A stretch of 44,863 nt of DNA from a virus. The notes below the pieces were generated by a model that saw nothing but the letters and a program-made list of their open reading frames with translations, had not been told where the DNA came from and did not search any database. Location of the stretch: UHGV virus genome UHGV-0368231, one strand, 5' to 3'. The position numbers were made by a program, and so were the translations under genes. Positions 20,468 through 30,009 of this stretch are shown piece by piece (positions within the stretch are counted from its first letter, which is position 1; each line of letters begins with the position of its first letter).

Positions 20468-20928
20468 GAGACTAACTCCTCACATATCTCATCAAATGTT
20501 TGGATACCTCTACCGTCTGTAATATCCATGATTACGCCATACACATATTGATTGATACTGAACTCTGCACGATCTTGTTCATCTGAAATATGTCCTGTGC
20601 CTTGTCTAATGTCGGTGCATTGAACATAAATCTTAATGTCCTTCTCACTTGCTCTTTTGAGATGCTGTGCATACCCCATTTCGCAAATTGTACCTTGTGC
20701 ATGTGGTAAGTAGTCGAATATCATAATACTGCTAGTTTCCATGCCTAATGTGTCATTAAACACAATGCGTTCTGCTAATTTATCTTGATTAGCATTTGCT
20801 TTATCATTTATGTCTTTGTCGTCATGTGGTGCGTAGACTTTAAAGCCTAATCGTTGCAACTCTTGTTTCTCCCACTCACGACGCATTTGTTGTCCTATAC
20901 TTAGCATATCGCCACCTAAATAGATCAT
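20464..20928 (-). CDS. Nucleoside 2-deoxyribosyltransferase-like protein
   Basis: N-terminal MIYLGG ... KVYAPH and TICEMGYA resemble the nucleoside 2-deoxyribosyltransferase family. Confidence 0.5.
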   Translation of the reverse strand: MIYLGGDMLSIGQQMRREWEKQELQRLGFKVYAPHDDKDINDKANANQDKLAERIVFNDTLGMETSSIMIFDYLPHAQGTICEMGYAQHLKRASEKDIKIYVQCTDIRQGTGHISDEQDRAEFSINQYVYGVIMDITDGRGIQTFDEICEELVS

Positions 20929-21503
20929 TGTTCGGCCTCCATTTTTTCAATCAATCTATCTGCATAATCTCTAGCTTTTTTGAAATCTGCTAGCTCATCA
21001 TCTTTTCGACCTGCACGAACTGGATATTTAATCATATTACCTTTCATAAAGCCTTTGAACTGTTCGAATGGTAATTGTTGATACAAGAAGTCGATAACAT
21101 CTATATTTTCACTACCTTTATAATGGTCAGGTATATTATTGTCTTGTTCTTCTTTATAAAAAGGAGTGTTACTAGAAATATCAACTTCTCGTTCTTCTAC
21201 GTCTGTTGTAAATTTTGAGCCTGTAATTTTATCTACTACATCTATTTTCATTTCTGCATCTCCTGAGTATTTAATCTTACGTGTGAAAGGCTCGTTTACT
21301 TTCACGAAATCGTCATTGTCAGTAAGTGTAAATTTAAAGCCAGCTTGGTTTTCCACTTCTGCTTTCCAAATTGTTTTTAACATAAATTCTTCTGCATACA
21401 CACGATTGACTATGGCCGTTTGCATAGCAGTAACACCTTTAAATGTTGCTTGGAACTGAACAATATTATCTACTTTCAAATCAATTATTCTTACATTTTC
21501 CAT
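20925..21503 (-). CDS. Hypothetical protein
   Basis: Start re-assigned to ATG 21503 (MENVRIID), after RBS GAGGGGG. Confidence 0.4.
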   Translation of the reverse strand: MENVRIIDLKVDNIVQFQATFKGVTAMQTAIVNRVYAEEFMLKTIWKAEVENQAGFKFTLTDNDDFVKVNEPFTRKIKYSGDAEMKIDVVDKITGSKFTTDVEEREVDISSNTPFYKEEQDNNIPDHYKGSENIDVIDFLYQQLPFEQFKGFMKGNMIKYPVRAGRKDDELADFKKARDYADRLIEKMEAEQ

Positions 21504-21507
21504 TCCG

Positions 21508-22068
21508 CTACCCCCTCTGTACATTGCCGTATTGATCTGTTTTGACTTTGGCAAATACATTGTTTTCGAATAAGTGAACGCAATATTTATCAAATACATG
21601 TTTTTGTGGTGTACCGTTAAATAAATGTGGCTTGCGTTCTTTTAATCTGTTTAATTCACGTGCTTTGATACGTTCCTCACGCTCTCTCTGTTCCGCTAAA
21701 TAATTCATATCATCATCGCTTTCCTTTTCATAAATTGTGTATTCTTCCGGTATAACTTCTTCGATAGGTTGTTTTCTAACTCTTGAGAATATTTTTTGTG
21801 TGCTTAGATTATGTTTTTGTCGCATATCTTCGAAATCTGACCTTTTAATGTAGTAAGTATCATTAAATACTGGTACTGCTAGATACACACCATTCTTAAA
21901 CGGTACAAAGTTATGATTTAAATAAATCGCATCTTTAATGTTCCAACCCTTTGCGATACGTTCATCAAATGCATCGGCCGTTACCTTACCTTTACGCATT
22001 TGATTAATTTCGTCTTTCGATAATGTGTATTCTTGACCTTTGTACATAATTCTTTTCGCTTTCGGCAT
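21508..22068 (-). CDS. Hypothetical protein
   Basis: Start re-assigned to ATG 22068 (MPKAKRIMYK). Confidence 0.4.
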   Translation of the reverse strand: MPKAKRIMYKGQEYTLSKDEINQMRKGKVTADAFDERIAKGWNIKDAIYLNHNFVPFKNGVYLAVPVFNDTYYIKRSDFEDMRQKHNLSTQKIFSRVRKQPIEEVIPEEYTIYEKESDDDMNYLAEQREREERIKARELNRLKERKPHLFNGTPQKHVFDKYCVHLFENNVFAKVKTDQYGNVQRG

Positions 22069-22072
22069 GGTG

Positions 22073-22267
22073 TCACTTCCAATCTGCATAACTGACACTA
22101 ACGTCAGTAATGTTTTTGATATTATCGAGTAAATTGTCAGGGTCATTTTTATATCTATTAGCGTAATGTTCGATATAGTTTTCTCTGTCTGCTTGTTTGT
22201 TTATCCAAATAGGTTGTTCTACTTCGACGGTTAGATCGAATGTAAGTCTTAGTGTTTCTTCCTGCAT
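22073..22267 (-). CDS. Hypothetical protein
   Basis: 64 aa, coupled to rusA. Confidence 0.3.
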   Translation of the reverse strand: MQEETLRLTFDLTVEVEQPIWINKQADRENYIEHYANRYKNDPDNLLDNIKNITDVSVSYADWK

Positions 22268-22692
22268 TACACTTCCTCCACTTCTAAAATAATTTTCGGT
22301 TCCTCTGCATATTGCTTAAAACTGTGTATTTCAACGATTTGATTATCGTCTTTCCATAGGTGATCATTCGCTGCATCTAACACAGTTTTGATTAAGTTAT
22401 CTATATCTGGTTTAGTACGTTTGTACTGACCAATTGCTAATAACTTTTTACGATTACTCCAGCTTTTTGGTACCTTGAAATAAAACGATAATGTCACTTT
22501 CAAATTTCCATTGAGTAATACATTCGGCATCTGCTCTCTGATGAAGTCCTTATGCTTTGTATAAGACGCTGGCATGTATGTTTGAACATATCTACCTGTA
22601 TTTCTGAAACGTGGACGAGGCGAGCCAATAGGTGCCTCATACGTTTCGTTAAAGTTAATTTCTATCTGCACGTTGTCACTCCTAGATATCAA
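22267..22692 (-). CDS. rusA: RusA-family Holliday junction resolvase
   Basis: 141 aa with KPDIDNLIKTVLDAAN and acidic catalytic residues. Confidence 0.75.
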   Translation of the reverse strand: MISRSDNVQIEINFNETYEAPIGSPRPRFRNTGRYVQTYMPASYTKHKDFIREQMPNVLLNGNLKVTLSFYFKVPKSWSNRKKLLAIGQYKRTKPDIDNLIKTVLDAANDHLWKDDNQIVEIHSFKQYAEEPKIILEVEEV

Positions 22693-22906
22693 ATATCGTT
22701 GATTGCAAGCCTAGTTCTTCTTCATACAGAAGCTCATATACGCCTTTGAAATGTTTTAGCTCACTATCTGTCATCTCTTTGTATTCTTCGCTAAAATGAG
22801 CGCCTGTGAGCGTTTTAACGATATTTAGATTAGGCTCATTTTTCTCTACCTTTATTTCTTCTGTTCCGTCAGGTCTATAAAGGTAATACTTTTCGATAAT
22901 TGCCAT
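22682..22906 (-). CDS. Hypothetical protein
   Basis: Probable start MAIIEKYY after RBS GGAGGTG. A separate 52-codon ORF (23067-22909) precedes it. Confidence 0.35.
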   Translation of the reverse strand: MAIIEKYYLYRPDGTEEIKVEKNEPNLNIVKTLTGAHFSEEYKEMTDSELKHFKGVYELLYEEELGLQSTIFDI

Positions 22907-23060
22907 TAGTACACCTCCACGATTGCTGCTCGTTCTTCTTTTTCTTTTAACTTTTGATTGATTAGGTCGACTAATGCTTTTTCGTCCCCGTTTGCCCATC
23001 TAATTAATTTCTCAGCGTACATATCTGAACACTCAAGTATTCGCTTAATGTTGTCCATCG

Positions 23061-23831
23061 TCACCATGCGTCACGTCCTCTAAAATCATCACCAAGCACC
23101 CGAACCGTTCTCGCATTTTGTTTCATGCGTGAATTGATCCGTTGCCAGTTCATATTTTGATTTAATTCTTTGTCACTAAAGTTAGTAGTAAAGATATTAT
23201 TCTTACCTACTCTGTTATCTACAATTGAAAATAGTTTGTTTAATGTGTGTTCAGTGTTTTCTACGCCTATATCATCAAGTACAAGCAAATCTATGCTGCT
23301 TAGTAACTGAACTAACTCATCTGTCGTTTCAGTAGCATTACGATTGTATGTTGCTTTAATGCGTTCCATTAACATTGGTATGTGCATGAACGCTACCGAA
23401 TATCCTTGTTGCTTAATTGCCTTTGCTACGGCATAGGCTAAATGACTTTTTCCAGTACCGTATGATCCTTGTAGTATTAATGACTTGGGTTCATCTATCG
23501 AAAAACCTTTAACGTACTCAATAGCCGTACTCTTTGCATGTACTTGGTGTTCGTTTTGTGGTTGGTAACTGTTAACTGTTGCATCACTTAAAGACGCATT
23601 CACATTAGATTGGTTAAAGATACGATTGAGATATTTCTCTTTTCTTTCCGCTCTTTCTTTTTTTCCTATTTCAATCAATTCACATTCACAACCATGTCTG
23701 AACTCTTGTCCATTACTGAATTTGTAATAGTCGTAGGTGTTGCCACATCTTTCACATTTAAGATTATGTTCTTCTTCTACAATGTTTTGATTAGGCTTGA
23801 TATTTCTTGCTAAACTTCCTAATGATTGCAT
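23061..23831 (-). CDS. DnaC/IstB-like helicase loader ATPase with N-terminal zinc finger
   Basis: Walker A GSYGTGKSH, Walker B LLVLDDIG, and an N-terminal CxxC...HGCEC. Confidence 0.85.
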   Translation of the reverse strand: MQSLGSLARNIKPNQNIVEEEHNLKCERCGNTYDYYKFSNGQEFRHGCECELIEIGKKERAERKEKYLNRIFNQSNVNASLSDATVNSYQPQNEHQVHAKSTAIEYVKGFSIDEPKSLILQGSYGTGKSHLAYAVAKAIKQQGYSVAFMHIPMLMERIKATYNRNATETTDELVQLLSSIDLLVLDDIGVENTEHTLNKLFSIVDNRVGKNNIFTTNFSDKELNQNMNWQRINSRMKQNARTVRVLGDDFRGRDAW

Positions 23832-23843
23832 TACTTACCACTC

Positions 23844-24611
23844 CTAGTCCCAATAACTTTCGTCATACTTCATTCTGTTAAGTTGATCCATGCCACTAGG
23901 TTGTGTTTCTTGATTAAGATATCCTTCAAATTTAGTACCAAATAACGTTTCAGGTCGTAGATACTTTTCCATGTCTGTGCCTTTCCATTCGACAACCTTG
24001 TTATTAATAACTTGTTTGAAGTCATCTAATGTAAAACCTTCATCTGTTCTAGCACGTATGACTGTTTGATTTTTCTTAGTCGTTGATTTGTAGTGCTTAC
24101 CAGTTTTTTTATTAAGGTAATCAATCACGTCTTTGTAAGGATATGCAGTCGACGAAGGAGACAATATATTATTGTTAGTAGTCTCTGTTGTAATCTCTGT
24201 GTAGTCTCTGGTATTGGTCGTATCATTTTGATACGCTCCATCGTATCTTTTTGATACACTCGTCGTATCATTTTGATACGATGGTCGTCTCATACCTTCC
24301 AAAGTTTCATAATTAATGCTGTACCACTTCGTTTTGTCGAATTTCGCTTTATTATAATTACCTACGTAAAGTAGATTTTGTTTTTCTAAACTGTATACAG
24401 TACGCTTGATTGTTATTACCGACCAAAAAGGAAAGTGCTTTTGCCATTCAGGAAATGAGTTGTATATCCAGCGTCTACCATCGTAGTTATGGTTACTTTT
24501 CTTTAACCAGTAGTGCATTTGCTGTAATACAATTGCTTCATTCAAGCCTATTTCAGTAGCTAAACTAGGTAGTACGAGTATTGGATAATCGTCAATTAGT
24601 AGATTGCTCAT
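23844..24611 (-). CDS. Phage replisome organizer / DnaD-like replication initiator
   Basis: 255 aa, with an N-terminal replisome-organizer-like region. Internal iterons lie at 24216-24284. It is followed by the DnaC-like loader. Confidence 0.7.
   Translation of the reverse strand: MSNLLIDDYPILVLPSLATEIGLNEAIVLQQMHYWLKKSNHNYDGRRWIYNSFPEWQKHFPFWSVITIKRTVYSLEKQNLLYVGNYNKAKFDKTKWYSINYETLEGMRRPSYQNDTTSVSKRYDGAYQNDTTNTRDYTEITTETTNNNILSPSSTAYPYKDVIDYLNKKTGKHYKSTTKKNQTVIRARTDEGFTLDDFKQVINNKVVEWKGTDMEKYLRPETLFGTKFEGYLNQETQPSGMDQLNRMKYDESYWD
24216..24284. repeat. Three tandem ~22-bp iterons (CGTCGTATCATTTTGATACG-like), putative replication origin inside the initiator gene
   Basis: Near-identical copies at 24216-24235, 24241-24259 and 24261-24280. 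Confidence 0.6.
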
Positions 24612-24617
24612 GTTTTA

Positions 24618-24848
24618 TCACTCCCCGTACAATATCCATTCAGGCGTTGTATTAAATTCTTTAGCTAACTTTCTAATGGCTTCCATTTTTGGTAGTTGCG
24701 CTCTATTTTCCCAACGTGTTACAGCAAGTCTCCCTACACCTACACGTTTTCCGAATTCAATTTGTGATAGTTCAGCATCAAGTCTTAGCGTGTTAATTCT
24801 ACGAGCAATGTGCATTCTATCTTCATACGTGATCATTCTTGATTTCAT
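24618..24848 (-). CDS. XRE-family HTH DNA-binding protein
   Basis: 76 aa, LSQIEFGKRVGVGRLAVTRWENRAQLP. Confidence 0.7.
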   Translation of the reverse strand: MKSRMITYEDRMHIARRINTLRLDAELSQIEFGKRVGVGRLAVTRWENRAQLPKMEAIRKLAKEFNTTPEWILYGE

Positions 24849-25516
24849 TGTTTAACTCCTTTCAACATGGCATTGAGTCTGTCATCAACTTTTATCCAAC
24901 TGTTTTGTAACTGATAGTAATTATTAAAACTTTTTATCCCCATTTGATGCTGCGTCGTATGATGTTTACGACATAATGCTAAAACATGTTTATCATAGTG
25001 ATTCATCTTATTTCTGTTCATCCCTCTACCTACTGCTTCTAGGTGTGCTAGGTCTGAATTAGGTTTGCCACATATGACACAATGTCTAGTGATAGTTGCC
25101 CAATAAAGATAATTTTTATCTTCTTTCATCATTTCGCTTGTTTTGTAATTTAGTGGTATTCCATTAGTGAATATCCATTCGAACATTACATCTATAATTT
25201 GTTTGGCAATCGTTCTTGTACAATCGGCTAATGAAATTCGCTGTTCATACCCATGTAAGAACTTCACATAATCTTGGAACATTTGCCTCATATAATCTCT
25301 AGGTTGTCCTGTATGTGCTTCTATATCGTTACATAATGCGAATATCAACCTACGTTGTTTGTCGGTAATTCTGAAAGGGTCAACAACTTGCACATCTACC
25401 TCTACTTCAAACCCGTTATCGAGTAAAAGTGAAGTTTTGTTATCTAGTTCTACACCCTCAATGACAACGGTAGTTGTACCGTCGTCTTGAGTGATGTAAT
25501 TTTTAATAATTGGCAT
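24845..25516 (-). CDS. Phage protein with C-terminal HNH-like zinc-finger nuclease motif
   Basis: HCVICGK...AHLEAVGRGMNRN...LCRKHH. Confidence 0.5.
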   Translation of the reverse strand: MPIIKNYITQDDGTTTVVIEGVELDNKTSLLLDNGFEVEVDVQVVDPFRITDKQRRLIFALCNDIEAHTGQPRDYMRQMFQDYVKFLHGYEQRISLADCTRTIAKQIIDVMFEWIFTNGIPLNYKTSEMMKEDKNYLYWATITRHCVICGKPNSDLAHLEAVGRGMNRNKMNHYDKHVLALCRKHHTTQHQMGIKSFNNYYQLQNSWIKVDDRLNAMLKGVKQ

Positions 25517-25530
25517 CTACATCAGTCCAA

Positions 25531-25950
25531 TCAGAACGGCAAATCTGAGTTATCGATGTCTGTACCATTATCAAATGGGTTATTTCCTACTGGTGCTTGT
25601 CCTCGTTGCTGTTGAGGTTGGTTGTTTTGTTGATTGTTATTCTTTGGTTCTAAAAATTGAACGCTGTCAGCCACGACTTCCGTTAAATATACACGTTGGC
25701 CGTCTTTTTCATAACTGCGCGTCTGAACACGGCCGTCTACTCCAGCAAGTTGTCCTTTTGATAGATAATTATTTACGTTTTCTGCTTGTCGTCTGAAAGC
25801 TACTACGTTTATAAAATCAGCCTCTTGTTCTCCATTTTTATTTTTAAACGGTCTATTTACTGCTAATGTAAATCTTGCATTCGCTACATTACCTTCATTA
25901 AAGTTTGGATCTTTCGTTAATCTACCTATTAAAACTACTCTGTTTATCAT
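25531..25950 (-). CDS. ssb: Single-stranded DNA-binding protein
   Basis: OB-fold consensus and a C-terminal acidic DLPF tail. Confidence 0.9.
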   Translation of the reverse strand: MINRVVLIGRLTKDPNFNEGNVANARFTLAVNRPFKNKNGEQEADFINVVAFRRQAENVNNYLSKGQLAGVDGRVQTRSYEKDGQRVYLTEVVADSVQFLEPKNNNQQNNQPQQQRGQAPVGNNPFDNGTDIDNSDLPF

Positions 25951-26585
25951 TGGTCATTCTCCTTATCTAATTGTTTTAGTCCTGCATCTAATTTTTGATG
26001 CGCAATTGCTATATCTTTTTGAGTTACATTGTTAATATTTTGAATACCTAACCAACGCATTGTTTTATCAAGTGTTGCATCTCTACCTTTTTCTTTTGAT
26101 AGTGTTACGAATTGTTTAATACGTTCTTCTAAATCTGCAACATCACTATCACTTACATCTGGTCCTTCTTCGCCTAAATATAAATAGTTGCCTAGCCCAA
26201 ACTTAGCTGCACATTTAACCATGCATCTTTTAGTTGCTTTGTTAATATCAAATATTGCAGTAGCACTTCCTACGGTTACTGGTTTGTTTCTAAAATCTAA
26301 TACTGGTAGCCATTCACGTTTAGTTACACCAAATACTGTTAATTCGACGCATACCATGTAACCTTCGTTGGTTTTGAGATAGGGAACAAAAAAGTTTTCA
26401 TTTGTGCTATCTGGATAAGGGAATTCAATTACTCTTTCTGTATAATTTGGATCTTCTTTAGTTAATTCTTGTTGTACATACGCCCACGATAAATAATTCA
26501 AGTTTTGTTTTTTCTCAACATGCGCACTTACATCTCTACTGTTTAATTCTCTAAACTTGTCTGAGAAGTTAGGTTGTTCAGCCAT
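25947..26585 (-). CDS. Putative single-strand annealing / recombination protein (Rad52/Sak-like)
   Basis: 212 aa immediately upstream of ssb in a recombination-module position. The family assignment is from context and weak motif memory. Confidence 0.35.
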   Translation of the reverse strand: MAEQPNFSDKFRELNSRDVSAHVEKKQNLNYLSWAYVQQELTKEDPNYTERVIEFPYPDSTNENFFVPYLKTNEGYMVCVELTVFGVTKREWLPVLDFRNKPVTVGSATAIFDINKATKRCMVKCAAKFGLGNYLYLGEEGPDVSDSDVADLEERIKQFVTLSKEKGRDATLDKTMRWLGIQNINNVTQKDIAIAHQKLDAGLKQLDKENDQ

Positions 26586-26835
26586 CGTTTACCTCCTCCA
26601 AATCTTCAAAATTGTATACTTTACGTGTTTCTTTCGTTTCAATTCTCGATACTTCAATCAGGTGTTTATCCCAATCTATATCGATTTCGTCTAAACCGTT
26701 GAATTTACGAGCATTACTTCTTAAAGCATTGTAATTAGCATATTCTTGAGCAGTAGGTTTATTAGTGATCCAACGTCCAAAGTGATTATCTTTAATGCGA
26801 TACTCTACTTCACAATTTAATATTGGCTCTTGCAT
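26578..26835 (-). CDS. Hypothetical protein
   Basis: 85 aa. Confidence 0.4.
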   Translation of the reverse strand: MQEPILNCEVEYRIKDNHFGRWITNKPTAQEYANYNALRSNARKFNGLDEIDIDWDKHLIEVSRIETKETRKVYNFEDLEEVNDG

Positions 26836-27061
26836 TCACGTACTCCTCCAATCGTTTACCTGCTCTGTCCGCTCTAGCATCTGCGCTTTGGTACAATTCC
26901 ATATAAAACTTGATGTCGTTTTGCAATTCTTCAATATGGTCCTGAGCAGTTTGATACTGGCGTTCTAAAAATTTATAATCATTAGCAAGTAAAACTAAGT
27001 CGATACTGTCTTTACAATATTTGTTAAAATCCTTTTTACTTACCTCTATTGTTTCGGCCAT
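26810..27061 (-). CDS. Hypothetical coiled-coil protein
   Basis: 83 aa. Confidence 0.4.
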   Translation of the reverse strand: MAETIEVSKKDFNKYCKDSIDLVLLANDYKFLERQYQTAQDHIEELQNDIKFYMELYQSADARADRAGKRLEEYVNARANIKL

Positions 27062-27123
27062 AGTTGACCTCCTTCGTGTATTTTGGTTAAATTAAATTGT
27101 GTGTTTTGGTTAAATTTTGACTG

Positions 27124-27318
27124 TTACTCATTGGCGTGGGTATCAGTCTTTTTTTGTGCGTAAAATAATTTGTCGAAAAACAGATACGTTAGCATTGATG
27201 CTAATAATGCAATTGCAGCTGCATTAGTGATAAACACATTTAATGCGATTAATAATAGAAAGAACACTGCAATAAACATAAAACCTGTTAGTACAAACGT
27301 TTTATCGTCATTCGTCAT
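27124..27318 (-). CDS. Small membrane protein
   Basis: 64 aa, two hydrophobic helices. Confidence 0.4.
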   Translation of the reverse strand: MTNDDKTFVLTGFMFIAVFFLLLIALNVFITNAAAIALLASMLTYLFFDKLFYAQKKTDTHANE

Positions 27319-27636
27319 TTCTTCATCCCCTTGTGAATTTCTTCAAAATGTTCTTCGATAAATTTATTCATCTTTCTTGCGTTGAATCTCCAACGATTTA
27401 AACTTTCATCTGGATAGTGTGCGATACCTTGTTGTTTAAGTAACTTTTCGAATTTTGGATTGAATAATAATCTGTCTTTAATAGTGTCGTCAGATGACAT
27501 TTTGAGTTTCTTTTTCAATTCTTTTAAGTCCCAAACTGGATCAAGTGAGTAGCTTAATAGTTCTTCGTATTCATCTTTAGCGACAAGTACGTGTGTGTCG
27601 GGTATTGGTACAGATACGGTTAATGTTTGTTCCATC
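27315..27636 (-). CDS. DUF771-like phage protein
   Basis: Start at MEQTLTVSV after RBS AAAGGAG. Confidence 0.45.
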
Positions 27637-27680
27637 TTAGATACTCCTTTCGTGTATAATTTATTTATCAACCTAAGGAG

Positions 27681-27872
27681 GTGGATATGATGAGTAAAAC
27701 TAATAAAGAACTAGCGACAGATTTGGTAATCGCAATGTTGGAGCATAATGCGAAACTTACTAAATTTGCAGCAAGTAGTAATCCTGTTAGTAGTACTTCT
27801 GTAGTAAATGGCAAAGTAATTGTAGAAAACTTGAATTACATCAAAGCTGCATTGGATGAGATGGACGATTAG
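27681..27872 (+). CDS. Small hypothetical protein on the opposite strand (63 aa)
   Basis: Strong RBS AAGGAGGTGG 6 nt before ATG. Confidence 0.5.
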   Translation: MDMMSKTNKELATDLVIAMLEHNAKLTKFAASSNPVSSTSVVNGKVIVENLNYIKAALDEMDD

Positions 27873-28258
27873 AATCGACAATTATTTCTACATTTATACT
27901 TTCAACACTTTGTGAGCGAATACTTTCAATTTGCTCCAGAGTGTTTTTTAATTCTGCAATATCATTTAATACAATATGAATTTTTAAATTCATGGTTAGT
28001 CCTCCTTTAAATATCTTTTAGATCGTGACTAGCAATATCCAATAATGATTTGCTTTGAGTGTTATTAATTTTTGGATAATCAAAATTTCTAAGTTTAAAT
28101 CTTGTATTTTTCTCAATCTTTACAACCTTCCACGTCACAACCGACATTGTGATGAGGAGGGTTGTTTTGTATAGAATGTTCATGTTATGCCTCCTTAATT
28201 TGTTTGTTCTATATTTGGTATAATTTGGTTATCTCCTTATAGAAAGGAGGTGTTGCCT

Positions 28259-28429
28259 ATGGCTAAGAACCCACCTAAAGACGGACGCCGTAAAGGTGCG
28301 GTGAAAAGTCGTTCTCAAGTTAAAAACCCTAAAACAAAACGTTACGTCAAACGTAATTCTGAAACTGGTAGATTTATGGATATGAAATCAGATTCAAAAC
28401 CGTTTAAGGGAGTTCGTAAGGAACATTAA
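28259..28429 (+). CDS. Small, highly basic protein (56 aa) on the opposite strand
   Basis: MAKNPPKDGRRKGAVKSRSQVKNPKTKRYVKR... RBS AAAGGAGG 8 nt upstream. Upstream promoter with extended -10 TGgTATAAT at 28217-28224. Not in the ORF track because it is <60 aa. Confidence 0.5.
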   Translation: MAKNPPKDGRRKGAVKSRSQVKNPKTKRYVKRNSETGRFMDMKSDSKPFKGVRKEH

Positions 28430-28731
28430 CTTGATGAAAGCTGCTCTAATTCATTTAGAGTGGCTTTTAAATTGTTTTGATTTAAAACTTGGTTAAACAC
28501 TATTGATAAGTTTTTTACTTGTTCTTCATCGTGTTCGTCATAACCAGCTTCATACAACATTGCATGTAACATCTCGTGCACTAAAACTTGCTTCTTACGT
28601 TCGGTTGACAAACTTCTTTTAATTTGTATTACGCTTTCTCTATAGATACACAAACCTAAGCAACTTGGATCATTGTCAACTTCTTCAATTTGAAATACAT
28701 TGTATTTCACACCACATACATCGATATTCAT
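28426..28731 (-). CDS. Small HExxH zinc-metallopeptidase-like protein (SprT/ImmA-like motif)
   Basis: 101 aa with VLVHEMLHAMLYEAG. Confidence 0.5.
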   Translation of the reverse strand: MNIDVCGVKYNVFQIEEVDNDPSCLGLCIYRESVIQIKRSLSTERKKQVLVHEMLHAMLYEAGYDEHDEEQVKNLSIVFNQVLNQNNLKATLNELEQLSSS

Positions 28732-28766
28732 AGCGACCTCCTTTAAGTTGTTTGTTCGATTGTGGG

Positions 28767-29540
28767 TTATAGTTCAAATTGACTTACGTCTACGCCATAT
28801 TTGATTGCCATACTCTTAATCACTGAAATATAAATTTCAATCAATCTTGGTTCATCAGTAATTACATCTAATTTTGAAAGTTTATTAATCTGTGACTTAG
28901 TCGCACCTTGTGAAAGCATTTTTGCTTTGCGATTATTTAATCGTTGTTCTAGCTTGCAACGTCCTTTTTCTTCAAGTAACTTGTAAGCCTCAATTCTTAC
29001 TTTCTGATGCTTCTCTCCGCCACCTAAATGTTGTGCTATTGCACCTAGCATTTTGTTAGTATCATTACGCCAATTTTTAGTTTCGATACCTACGATATTT
29101 CTAATACCTGTGATTTCACGTTTCATTTCTTGGTTGAATTGTTCTTGGTCTTTTTGAACCTTGAACATCATTTCTAATGCTTGCATTGGTGTTTGTGGTA
29201 CATTCAGTTGAGACTGTTTGATGTGTTCGTCCATTTTATGGAATGCGTCAACATACATTGCTGTGAATAATACACCTTTTGAACCAGTCATTTTGTTTGC
29301 TACCATGTCGCAACCTTTTTTAGTGAGTAGGTAGCAAGGTTGAACTTTATTTTGATTTGTAATGTAAGTACTTTCTTCAAAGAATTGACGTGTCCCCAAA
29401 TTTGGGTTCTCCTCTAAAACATCGATATAGCCTTTAATATCTCTGATTAAATGGTCGTGTCGCTTTCCTACCATTTCTGCTACTTCTCTACTGTCTACAT
29501 AAAATTCATTGTTTTGTTCTACTACTTGTAAATCTTGCAT
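28767..29540 (-). CDS. Phage antirepressor (Rha-like N-terminal, KilAC-like C-terminal)
   Basis: VDSREVAEMVGKRHDHLIRDI is the Rha regulatory-domain signature. 257 aa. Confidence 0.75.
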   Translation of the reverse strand: MQDLQVVEQNNEFYVDSREVAEMVGKRHDHLIRDIKGYIDVLEENPNLGTRQFFEESTYITNQNKVQPCYLLTKKGCDMVANKMTGSKGVLFTAMYVDAFHKMDEHIKQSQLNVPQTPMQALEMMFKVQKDQEQFNQEMKREITGIRNIVGIETKNWRNDTNKMLGAIAQHLGGGEKHQKVRIEAYKLLEEKGRCKLEQRLNNRKAKMLSQGATKSQINKLSKLDVITDEPRLIEIYISVIKSMAIKYGVDVSQFEL

Positions 29541-29552
29541 TTGATTTTCTCC

Positions 29553-29999
29553 TTATTCGAAATCATCGATAGTTAATTTTTCAATTCTTCTTTGGTACTG
29601 ATATAAATAGAAACCTTTTATCAATTCATACATTCTCGCTGCTTCTTCATATTCTTTCTCACTTAAATCAGAGTTAAGTGTCACACCGAATGCTGATAAT
29701 GTTAGTTTTCTAATGTGATCATGTATTTCACTAGCATATGCTTTGTAATGTTCGTGACAACCTAGCCCGTGTTGATATTTCTTCAAGGATAAAGGGTGTC
29801 CTAATCCAAGGATTTTTGATTCGATTAAATTTTTTGTGAAATCAAACTGATTATTAATTTCATTAAAGTCTGTATGTTCAATCTTGACTTCGTTAAAAAT
29901 TGAACCTGAACTAATTCGTTTTCTACCGTCTAACCTTTTACTTATTTCTTGTTGAACAATTTCAGCAAGTTCTTGTTTAGTTAATGTGATTTGTTCCAT
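29553..29999 (-). CDS. Hypothetical early protein
   Basis: 148 aa after cro. Confidence 0.4.
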   Translation of the reverse strand: MEQITLTKQELAEIVQQEISKRLDGRKRISSGSIFNEVKIEHTDFNEINNQFDFTKNLIESKILGLGHPLSLKKYQHGLGCHEHYKAYASEIHDHIRKLTLSAFGVTLNSDLSEKEYEEAARMYELIKGFYLYQYQRRIEKLTIDDFE

Positions 30000-30009
30000 A
30001 GTGTCTCCT

